64,000 bases of DNA from Raillietiella orientalis (taxonomy: Eukaryota): assembly GCA_036172245.1 (NCBI GenBank), contig JAYWIR010000027.1, forward strand, positions 1,860,001-1,924,000. Direction: 5' to 3'. The notes beneath the pieces were generated by a model. The model ran no database searches, was not told where the DNA came from, and saw only the letters and a program-made list of their open reading frames with translations. Every line of letters starts with the position of its first letter. Positions within the stretch are counted from its first letter, which is position 1. The position numbers and the translations under genes are program-made. Below are positions 52,965-64,000 of this stretch, piece by piece.

Positions 52965-55900
52965 CTCGAGTCGACTCTGGAGGGAGGCGGGTGGACAGCG
53001 GAGATCGCAGGGCGGGGCGAGACCGAACGCATGCCAGACAGAGGGGGTCGGCGGCGTCTTGCGGCTGCTCGAGAGCGACTTGGTCCTTCCTCCAAGGTAC
53101 CAGGCTCGCTCCGCAAGGAGCTCGCTCCCTGATGGGGACTCCCCTGATCTGGAATCATGACGGGCAGGCAGGTCGGTCGGCCGGGGTCCGAGCGCCCGGT
53201 CAGCGTGCTGTTCGCGTCCGGACGAGCGTCGATCCGTCCGGCCTGTTGGCTGACCTATGACCGTCCCCAGAGGTCTTCCTCGGAGGATCCTTCGGACCCG
53301 ACGCGCTGATGTGGCAGGCGAGCTCAGACTACCTGCTTCTCATGGCATTGCTTCTCGAGCGGGCTTGGAAGTCCTGACTCGACTTCCTCTGACCCCTCGG
53401 TCTTGCGGGTCGCTCTTGCCGGTGGGAACAGCAGCAGCAGAGGGGCCTCCGCTCCGAGCCGCGCGCGCATCCTGTCGCTGACGCGGCTTTCTCCGAGTGA
53501 AACTTGAGGGAGAGGTCGAGGTTGACTCCAAGGCCCAGGGGCGGGGGGTCGAGGGGAAGCGCAAGAGGCGAGCTCACACTAGCCGTTTCTCCGGTATGGG
53601 CGGGGGAGGAGCTCCGGCCGTGGGCCGGTGCCGGCTAGAGAGATCCTTCCTACTCTCCGCAGTCTTCGCACCCGAAGGGTAGAATCCCCTTTGTTTTCAC
53701 CCCGTGATGCCCAGGAGACGTCTGCTTGATGGAACAGAAGCACTCCCTGAAGTGGGGACCCGGTTCCTCCTGAGGGAGATAGCCAGAAATCCTAGGAAAG
53801 GCACCAGCGATACCTAGTAGTTCGCTTTCGCGGGACATCCGCAGAGGGAGGGAAGGATGGGGGGGTACGGCAAGCTAAGGAAGGAAGAAGGGAAGGCGGG
53901 GACAGGGGCTCGTGGCGTCGGGCGATGCTTTCTCCCCGGAAACGGCGCAGAGTGCCGGCGATCTCCCTGGCGGCTACCGTTCCCATGGAGGTGACCTCCG
54001 TCGAAGAGGAGTCTGTCCCAACGCCATCATGAGAGGAGTCACGCGAAGAGAGTCTACCGCGGGAGGAGAAGAAGTTGCCTGACAAGGAGTGCAATCCATG
54101 CGCAGAAGCCCTGAGGCCAGTATCCTCCGCCCGCCGTTCCTGGAGCGTAGTCCCCAGTCGGTTGGTATGGAGCGGTTCGGGGATGCGACTCCCCAGGAGA
54201 CGAGGGGTTCAGGAGCGCCCGTTAGGTTGCACGGTCCAGTGCGAGAAGAGCGCCTCCCCTGCCTCCCGTGCAAGGAGGGGGGGCAGCAAAGCATCCAGAC
54301 GCGTCAAGGGATGAACCGCAGGTTCCTTGAAGGGCACGCCCGAGGGGTTCTTCGCACCGGAAGGGTCCGTCGGCCCGAGACCATAAGGCAGGGGCCCTCC
54401 CCCCATCCCCCCAGCTCGCTCGCCCTTCAGCTGACGAGCAGTTGTTCGGTCGCTCCTGCAGAGGGTGCAGGAAACTCTTAACCCGCGGGTTGGCCACCGT
54501 CCTTTCTCTGTCCCGAGGGCAGTCAGAGCTGCGGCGAGGGACGTGACGATGCGGACGGCCTGGCCGCTCACCGAAGTCTTGCGGCGGCACTTCCAAGGGG
54601 ATGCTGCTACTCAGGTTCTTCAGGGAACGAGCTGATGAGTTCATTTCGGGGTCGCCTCGGAAGGAGGACACGTAGATTTTTCCTTGGTCTCCCACTGCAA
54701 GGCGTTGAAGCTTCCAGGGTGGCAGGGGGTCCAGTAATGCTGCCATATCGAGGCCATTCAACTCAGTGGATCTTATCCGTGAAAAGAATCCTCAAGAAGC
54801 CCGGATCGGGGAGGGCACCTGCGAAGGGTCCCGAAGTTCGCTGCAACTAGAAGCAGCAGCTTGCTTGGCACTGCCCTCAGGCCTTACACCTCCTACTGAA
54901 GGACACGCGTCGAGAAACTCCTTTTCCCTGCACAGAATTTTTTCTGGAACTCACTTCTTCCCAACTCTCGATTTTCGGCTGGTAGGCGCCCTAGCGTCCG
55001 GACCAGGTCAGAGGCCAGAACGTCCTGGAACCTTCAACCCCGTGAAGCCCTCTGCAACGAGTGGTGGGTGGGACGGGGTCGGCGTTCTTCTCGGAAAATG
55101 CCCTCTCCGGCCGTTTTCCATGAATCGACTGGAGCTCGGCGACTGTGCTCGAGCGCGGGTCACCCCACAGGGGGTCGCGCACTCACACCGGAGTTTCCAG
55201 GGTCCGCCTCCGGGCAGAGTCACGGGCTTCACAGCGGCCGGCAAGCGAAAGTGACTGCCTGCTTCTACGCCGGACGGAGAAGTCAGGAGGCCTCAAAGAT
55301 GGGTGGCTCGCGGAAATGGGGGAGCAAGAGCGAGAGAGGGCTGGCTGTGTCGGCGGACACGTCCCTGGGATTTTTCGCTCCTTTTACACATGCGCGCTCC
55401 AGATCTGATCCCGGCACTGATCCCCTTCAGTCCAGTCCGAGCAGCACCAGACAGGTGCCGTTTTCGCTTTCTCCGCAGCCCATCCGGGCACTGTGGGGAA
55501 TCAATCATCCACAATGTCTGAAAGGCCGCTGCTGTGGCAACAACCAGGGGAGACCAGCCGTTTGCCAGTTCGCGTGCAGCAGCACAGATGGTGGTTTCCC
55601 CCTAGGAAGTATGGATGCTCTTTGCAAGTTCCTGCATTCCTGAGCTTCTTGGACGACGACCCTCTGCTTGAGAGACCCATGGAAACCAGCCGAATGCGGA
55701 ATGCACGCAAAGCGCTCGTCTCACAGCAACACGCAGAAGTGCATGGAACATTCAGAGTGTACGCTGGGATTTTTCGAGCTGGCCTATGCCGGGCGGCGTC
55801 TTGAAATTTTACTTTTGTTTTCTTCAGAGCGACCTGCTTTCAAAGAGCCTTTAACGGGAGCGAACAAACCCGGGGAGTTGCAGGGAATCTGGAGCGGCGA

Positions 55901-57135
55901 CTGTCAACACGACATGGCGAGCGGCGAGGGGAGAGAGGAGTCCGATTCGGTGGTCTCGATTATCCCTGAGCTCTAGCCATGGACGAAGTACGGGATGCGC
56001 AGTGGGAATGAAAACATTCTTGAGCTGACTACTCACAGCACCCGGAGGTTTCAGACAGCTGTGCCAACGCTAGTGCAAGTAGATTGCGAGAAAGCTATTG
56101 TGAAATTTTTATCATCCCACGGCAAGACAAGGAGCACGTTTGTTTGTCCGTTTTTTCCTTTCTGTGTTTATCACTTTTCCCAAGGCACGTATGCCCTACT
56201 TGCCAAGGGAGAAAGAAAAACAGTTCGTAGAACGGAATCTTCACACGCTGCAAAGAGGGCCGTGCAAATCCATCCGGTCAGTCTGCTGGATGCCACTCCA
56301 GAACGAGAGTGAAAACTCGGGAAAGGAAAGAAGAATGCGAAGGGAAGGCTCACGGGATGGCGTTGGAAAAAAGGAACGAGCATTTCTCCAATTCCCGCGG
56401 AGTAAAGCTCGAATAATCGAAATTCCGCGAGAGATTGAGTTCCAAACTTGGATCCTGGATCGCCTGCATTCTTAGGCATTCCACTTGGAAAGATGCAGCA
56501 TCCATTAGCGGAGGGGGGGGGGGGCAGTTTGCAGACGAGAATGGAAAATCAGTCATCAATCAATCTTGAATGCCAGCATTAAGCGACGTGAAAAACGAGG
56601 AAATATGGACTGACACCACGAAATTACGAAGATCCCGATTTATGAGATTTATCAGGAAATGGAGCAAAGGTGGTGCCGAGGCAATGCGTTTATCAGACAA
56701 CTTGAAGCAGTCGGAATTACGTATCGGGTAATTAGGCGATGATAGTAGTCGATAGTTTGGACTAGTAATTTATCAACTTTCAATGAGTATCGAAGGAAAA
56801 CTGATTAATTGCCTTGTTGCACCGGTTTTGAGAACAGTCAGTACGATTACAACAAACAAACAATGATTCTCGTTGATCGTAGTCTTTATCCAGGGGTATT
56901 TAAGTCGAGAACGAGACGAAAAATTCCTGATCGAACTTATTCGAAACCTGGTAAAGAACTGAACACCTATTCCGGGTAAGCTGGATAGTGCTACATGACC
57001 TTTACACATATTCAAAGAACAACTGAGTGCCAGGATTAAAAAAGATACAATGGAGGCAAAGTAATTAATTTTGATTTCCATTTCTTTTCCAGTTCACTGC
57101 ATCCTATGTTCTTAAAGCAAATCAAAATTGGGCAA

Positions 57136-57166
57136 ATATATATATATATGTGTATATATATATATA
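57136..57166. repeat. Imperfect (AT)n microsatellite
   Basis: atatatatatatatgtgtatatatatatata. Confidence 0.8.
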
Positions 57167-57462
57167 AAATACCCATGCTTTGCAAAAGCTGTAACAAGAG
57201 ATCGAATTTTTGATGTGATCAGTGAACCACATGAATTGTGCAAATTATAGGAAAGCAACATTTGTAATGGAAATGAATACTCCACTTATAGAGTTATTCC
57301 ACTAATTCATGGTGTAACAAAGTAATGTACGTATTTTCAAAATCAGAAGCACACATTTAATATTACTTTTATCTACACATGCCACTCAAACTCTTAAATG
57401 ACTCATTCTGGTATATGTGGCAGAAAATATCCTTTCAGATGAACTTCATGCTATATATAAAA

Positions 57463-58429
57463 CTACGTTGTCATCTCTTTTACTGCTTTCAACTTGTCTA
57501 TATCAGATGAATTTGCATGCTCTTTGTTTGTTAAATCTGATAACAATATGGTGTATTTTTCAATAGGTTGCAACTCCTCAGCTTTCTGAACCAACTCATC
57601 AAACTCTGGCCCTACAGCCCATAACATTTCAATGTCATACATTTTACGTGAGCTTTCCTTCATCAAATGCAGTGCAATGTTTCCTAAAATATGTCTCTAG
57701 TTTTTACAAGAAATGAGACTTGAAAAGCCATTCTTACCCAAATCCATGGCTACCCAATCTGAGTCTTTATCTCCTTCTATGGGAGGAATGCCTTCCTTTG
57801 CATTTCTCTTCATTTTAAAATATCTTCTAATAAACTCACTGGTAGCTGTGAGGTGACGTGAGGATTTCACTGTACCAATCATAATGTAGTCTACATAATT
57901 TATATGCTTTGACACTTTCAATGTGCAGATATCCACAACCTTCTCTTCTTTCAGGATATCAAACATTTCATCAACATCAAATACTCCAGTAGCACCTCCT
58001 GCAGAAATGTATCTTTCAACATGTGATCTATAAAATTATTGTTACTTTTCAGGTTCAGTCCATGAAACACATCCAGAACGGTTGATTCTTCTTTCATCTC
58101 TTTAGCAATTTCATCGGCCATCAATTGTTCCTCATCTCGATCATAAATTATTTTTGACTCATTTTCTCGAAATTCCTTGTACTTTAATAGGAGAGATCTT
58201 GGAATCTTTTTGTTTCCTGTGTAACAAAAAAATACATACTTAAATGGCGTGAAATGATGATTTGCGTACCATCTTCATCTGAGTTTCTATTTGGGTGACT
58301 GGTGTGCAAACTTTTGATCAACTGAACTTTCAATACTGAATTTTTGTTGGCTATGGAAGTGTTTATCAGTGATGGCAGCTGTTGCTGAACTAGGCACTTA
58401 AAAAATGGAAGTACTATGCTTTTGCGCAT
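57463..58429 (-). CDS. MALSU1: Mitochondrial assembly of ribosomal large subunit protein 1 (RsfS/Iojap family), 270 aa
   Basis: Exons 58429-58270, 58216-58046, 57998-57738 and 57683-57463 splice in frame. A basic N-terminal targeting-like peptide precedes GLNLKRGATGVFDVDEMFDILKEEK..YVDYIMIGTVKSSRHL..IEGDKDSDWVAMDLGNIALHLMKESSRKMYDIEMLWAVGPEFD. Confidence 0.93.
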
Positions 58430-59831
58430 TTTCCAAAACACAAATAAATACTCTCAGGGGTTCACATTGTGCAGAGAACTGTTTAAAACTAAAACTCTGG
58501 CATTCTAATGTTCGAAAATGTTTTTCTTATATTCAGGAGTACTTTACCTGTAGTGAGCAGCTTTGGATCCTAGGAAAGAAAAAACAATACTCCCTTCAGA
58601 TTCCTTGATTACCAAGAAAATATATGATCACTGCTGTCCAAGTGGCACCTTAAGTTTTAAAGGCTATTCTAACAGCCACTTGCAACTTTAAACCTTAAAT
58701 AGCTTTTAAAGATATCAAAATGAATACATCCAGAGAACTCTACACGAAACCGCTTCGGAATCCCCCGGTACGAAGGGATAAGTGAGAAGACCTTTTCTGC
58801 TTTGCTTCCTTCCTTGCAAGCAACCGGAAACCGCTCCTACGCGTGCACGCGCGCGCCTTCACTTGCTCCAGCCAGCCTTGCATTCCCATCCCTTCGGCTG
58901 CCAAGGGGGAGGAGTTGCCAGGGCTGCCAGCTCACACAGCTCGTTCTCTTCGGGAAGCACTCCGGATCCCAACCCCGTTCCGGCCCTCATGTCCTGAAGA
59001 CATTTTCCGAGAATTACGGCTTGGCATCACAAAAAGTTCTGAAGTAGGCAACCGAGCGTGATCATGCCATCTGTGAGGAATGCTATGCTTTTCCAACCTT
59101 CATCATCGTTCGCAGCACCTTTGCACTGAGCATAAATCAGAAACGTATCCAGAAGTCTTCGCTAGGTCAACTGACTCGAGTATGTCAGCATTCCACTATT
59201 GATGTATGATGTCCGACACATTTCTATAGCAAATTTTTATCATTAATTACCGGCATTGTTATCTCTGAGATACGTTTGCGCCCGCTCTACTGATCTTTCG
59301 GTTTCGTCTTAAAGTAAATCCTCATATATTCTCCGAAAGCACTCCGCGCCATCTCCTGCAGATCCCAGGGGGATTCTTTTCCGTTTTTGATCCATGCCTC
59401 ACACCAGTGGCAAAGTTCTTCAAAGCTCTATTATTTATGGCACTTTCAAAAGACTGAATTTTCGAGGCAAGACCCTAATGGAGATATCGTTGTTTTCATT
59501 CGTGTCCACTACTGTTGTCTCTATTTCTGCCCTCTGGATCGAGGGATATGAGTTTTCGTACGTTTAGCTACTCAGTGCGTAGATTTTAGAAGCGATTTGA
59601 AAAGCTTTGGATGTGCTTGATTCAGAAGAGCAGCTACAAGATGGAAAACTTCTAGTCAAGAGAGCAGAACGTAACAGTACTCCTCCTTTTGCGAAGGATC
59701 ATTCTAAGGATCTGTTTTGCATTTTTATAAGGAAGAAAATGTTCATTTTGTGATTAAAGAATTCCGATAAGCATCTCTGAACATTTCTCCATAAGAAATG
59801 ATGCAAAGTAGTTTTTTTTCTTGGCAATGAC

Positions 59832-59868
<37 letters not shown>

Positions 59869-62094
59869 AACGACATTTGCAAGCATTCAGGTACGAGATG
59901 CACTGGGGAATATTTTAAGATCTTTAATATTTCCAGTAGTTTCAAGCAATGCATGCTGTCAGTATTTTTGCGGGCTGAAACTTTTAGGTTGTTTTCATGT
60001 GTCTGTCCACTTCCATCTGAGCTGCACTGTTTATGTAGAATAATCATTAGTATCTAATAGATGATGTATGTGTGATGGAGGAAGTACCCTATTCGTAATT
60101 CAGGTTGTAAAATCTGACATTCAAGCATTGCTTATTAAATGAACACCTGATGTCGCTTGCAATTAAGTTTGTTTGTTTTTTTCCATACTCTTAAGAACCC
60201 AAGGATATGAAGAGAAATTTCTGAAGACTGATATTTGTCGTGTATTTCTTATCGCGATGTCTGTTTCGTGAGAGAAATGAAATAGAATATAGGCGTACGA
60301 GAGATAAATACATTTGCTAAACCAGCGATTCTTTCAGTGACTATCAGTAACTCATTTTTTCAATGTGGCTTTTAGTAAATATCCGAGAAAAAGAAAATCG
60401 TACCATTGTTCTATTCTGCTTCTCCATAAAAAAGCAGTCCGTGCTTCAGTTTTAAACCCTTCTTTAATTTCTCGACTGAGTTGGACTGTAGTCCAAAAGT
60501 AGTTCTGTGTCGTTAGAGGGAAGCATCCAAGAAAGAAAAATTTTCAATTTTCTGAACTGAACGTCAAAGTATGTTCATGAAAACACGCATGACGAAAAAA
60601 GAAAGAAAGAAAGAAAAAAAAAAGGTACCCTATGCGAGCAATAAATTTGTTTAACAGAACACCACATACTGTGAGGATTTGAGGCTACTTTAAGCACAGG
60701 ATGCGACATTCGCAAGCAGCAAACAAGAACAAATGATTCTGATGAAAGTTCATGTGAAACAATTGTAAAGTAAGAAGGGAGGAAACTGTAATGTTTCAAC
60801 GTCGAAACTCAAGATGGATTCCAAAGGAATTCGAGATTCCTGTTCAGAAGAACTCGCAAACAAAAGCTGCCTGATCAAACATTCGATTTTATTGTTTAAA
60901 AAATGTGCAATTAAGTTGCACAACAGAAACATATATAAGGATGTAACACAATGTTTTTTAATTAATGGGACACATTTAACAAAGCATCTGATTTACGAAT
61001 AGAGATTTTGATCTCAAAGGGAGGAAGAAAAAATGCTCATATTTTATTTATGAGTGCAGCAAGCGTGCGGGCTAAAAATAGATGTTCGTTAACAATGAAG
61101 CACGCTCAGCTCGGTGACGCCCGCCAAATATAGCCAAAGTAACAATGGAAACAGGGACGTGCGTAGGCTTCTGGGTGTCTTCTGGCAGTCGGCGCGTACG
61201 ACCTGGATAAGCCACAGCAGCTCGAACGCTCATCGGGTCACACGCTGCGCAATAGTGGCAGTGCACGATTTTTGTACGAGCTGTTCGAGGCAGACAGACT
61301 CCGCAACGCACGATGCGTATTGGCACGGGTCCTGGTCCTGTGCCTTACTTTTTTTCTCGGGGCACGGTAAGATGGCGCTCTTTAGATGAGGGCTCGTTCT
61401 TGCCGGGAGCTGGAAGAATTGAAAGGCTGGGCGTGGAACCCAAACGAGGAACGGGCGGACGCAAGTTGTCCGTTCTCCCTGCGCTCAACACGGGGCGACC
61501 GCTCTCTCAACATACGTTTGTTGACAGTTTCCAGGAAAATGAATAAGGGAAGGAACTTCGTTCCACCCCGGGCATCGAGGTGGGATGAGGTGTCCGGAGC
61601 TTTGTGGACACCGACTTTCGCCGCCGGTATCTCCAGATGGGTTTTCACGGCTGGCCGCGAGTCGGCGTAGAAGGTGCGCGGGCTCGCCAAGCCGAAGGTG
61701 AGCGACCGGTGCGATGGGAAGCGGCATGGATGGACCGAAGGTCAACGCGGAGTTTGAGACGCCTCAAGCGAAAGGAGACGGGAAAGAGGAGGTGGGGAGG
61801 GGAGCCGTTCAGTCGCCGGGAAAAATTCAAGACCTGCGAGTATGATGAACGGGAGAGGTTTTCTGGAAAGCTTTGTTTAGGCTGCTGCGGCAGCATCTCC
61901 GACGGCAAATGCGGGATTCGCTGCTAAAGCTTCTTCAGGAGGCGCGGGTCTCTTGAGGCAGCAACTGAAGTCGAGGGAAGGAGAGATGCGCCGCTGCTTA
62001 GCGAACACTGAAGCGACGTCTTCGGAAAGATGCACAGCACATGTGGGAGCAGCCGAGAGAAGGAGGCTGCTGACTGTTCCGCCGAGGCGGACTC

Positions 62095-62350
62095 TCACAG
62101 AGGACAGGAAACAGGATAGGGAGGGGGGGTATGTAGGGTGGAGAGGGACGCTGATGGAGGTGGGAGATGTAAGGGATGTATAAGCCCAGTGTGGACAGAA
62201 GCAAGATGGGGAGAGGATAGGAGTAGGGGTAGTGGAATGAGTATGTGGATGATGGTAAGCTAAAGGGGAAATGAGTTGAAAGTAGAGTTAGAATGAGGAA
62301 GTGAGCAGGGGCCGGGAGGAATTGGGAGGGTCGGGTGTTAGAGAGGGAGT
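62095..62350. other. Strongly purine(G/A)-skewed, CpG-poor low-complexity tract; possible non-LTR element remnant
   Basis: About 250 nt dominated by G/A on the + strand, with an abrupt compositional contrast to the flanks. No recognisable RT or endonuclease motif. Confidence 0.3.
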
Positions 62351-64000
62351 TTGAACGCGAGCCGAGGGGAAAGGGGCCTACAGGGATCAAGATGGAGGGA
62401 AACTCTCATTGGAACCTGCAGGTTCCTTCGTGAAGGGGTAGGGAACCGCTCCGGGAAGGGGGAGCGATGCGTTCTGATAGTGCATTGAAAGGTCTTGCGT
62501 CCTGGAGAAAAGATGAGTGAGGAGTACGGTTTAACGGTCAGCTTCGACCCAGCTTCCACATTGCCTTGGAGGTGAAGCAGGAAGCCTGATGCTTCAGCGA
62601 GGATCCCGTCTACCCGGATGAGCTACTTTTTTCTTTCAGGATACATTCCCATGGGACCTTACCCTACAGCATGCTGAAAATTCAAATCCTTCTTTCCCCT
62701 CAACTACCATTTGAATTGTGTTTCTGAACGTTTATTTCTGAAACGAACACTCAGGTGCAACCGGGCTATAAACTCCCTCTCCAAGGAGACCCGGCGACAT
62801 CCTGAAGGGCACTCTGCGGTCCCCCGTTTCTCTCCTTCCGCGGGAGCGAGCCGCCGAAACGGCGACCGCACGAAGAGAGGACGACGCTTGTCCGGGCTGT
62901 CAGATAACGGGAGGGGGCCGTCGTCCGCGTTAGGGCGGACCGACTCGGAAGTTGCTCGCGAAGGTGCAGCGACTGTGAGGGTGCGACGCTTTAGGCTCAA
63001 CGGAGCAGATGCGTCGAAGAAGGGTCAGTCGTCGGAGTCCACGTTGTCCAGACAGGAGCAAGCTCTACACGAGGGGCGTCTGCGAAGATCGGACTCCCTC
63101 TCCCCCCCTCATGCTGGCCGCTAAACGAAAGGGAGGAGGAGACGGACAGAGGCGGGATGATGCCCAGTGCTCGGCGCCGTGCCGTCGACATCACCTCTGA
63201 ATCCTCTTCCCGGGCGCCGGACTCACGCGGGGTGGTGGGCGACCCGTCCACAGTTCGGATGCGGCAGACGGCTGGATGATGACGGATCGTGGGCGCTGCG
63301 AGGCGCTAGACTCTTGCGGAACGTTTGGCATGCCGCCAGTGGAGCGCGGGAAGTGCTGTGGGCGCGCCGGCGCTGCCTCCCTGTGCGACCTTCGCGACAT
63401 GCCTGGCCTCTTGGCCGGGAAGAGTCGGATCCGCAGCTCTGGCCACCATCCAAGCTGTCTGAGACGCATTTTCTCTGGAGGAGATGACGTCTAATGGACC
63501 AAGTTCCCTTTGACAGGCGTCTGCAGCATTGTCCCGTCGCAGCCTTCCCACAACGGAAGACACCCTGACACTGTGGAGTCCAAACGGGAAGAGGTACTCG
63601 GGGGAAGGGGAGACAGCTCCTTAGGATTGGTCAGGGACTCCCGAGCTCCCTCGGGACGGAGCTGGAGGACGACAGCCAAACACGTCAATAGTGCCGCTCC
63701 ATCACCGTCCTCGAACGTGGAGCCGGAGCATAGCCATGGGGCGAGGCGTCGGCGCGATTCCAGAACTGAGAAATGATCGACTCGTCGCACGCGCACGAGT
63801 CGATTCCTTCCTCTTCTCTGCAGTCTTCCTCTTCTCTAGAAAAAGTGCTCTCTGCAGGGGATCAAGAAGACGAAGATCCACCCTCCTCCTCCGCGGGAGA
63901 GCGTTCCGCTTGATGCCGCGGATGTCAAGCGGAACCTTTTGGGCCCCTCCGACTTGCGCGCAGTCCAGTCGGGATCCCCCCCATCCACTTCCTTCGAGGG

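Noticed and set aside
62711..63124. 137-aa plus-strand ORF and neighbours at the window end
   Set aside because: Low-complexity and disordered with no diagnostic motif; may be exonic but cannot be supported.

Overview
Compact eukaryotic, arthropod-like genomic DNA with many very short introns (40-60 nt). CpG-rich, GC-rich stretches alternate with CpG-depleted, AT-rich gene bodies. Seven protein-coding genes can be reconstructed by hand: the 5' part of an ANKRD6/diego-like ankyrin gene (-), RBBP4/Caf1-55 (+), an 8-MRH-domain cation-independent mannose-6-phosphate-receptor/LERP-like sorting receptor (-), a single-exon multi-cysteine-cluster Toll receptor (+), RPL13 (+), a spaetzle/neurotrophin-like cystine-knot ligand (-, whose cystine-knot exons are absent from the ORF track) and MALSU1 (-). 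The most striking architecture is the Toll gene nested antisense in a 9.0-kb intron that splits the last luminal domain of the MPR-like gene. The MPR-like gene ends 39 nt from the RBBP4 stop, and a candidate Toll ligand gene lies about 14 kb away. The window also holds an inverted, intron-containing copy of an RPL13 fragment, a near-perfect 38-bp hairpin, an intron bounded by a direct repeat, and several diverged duplications. All family calls come from motif recognition; no database search was run.
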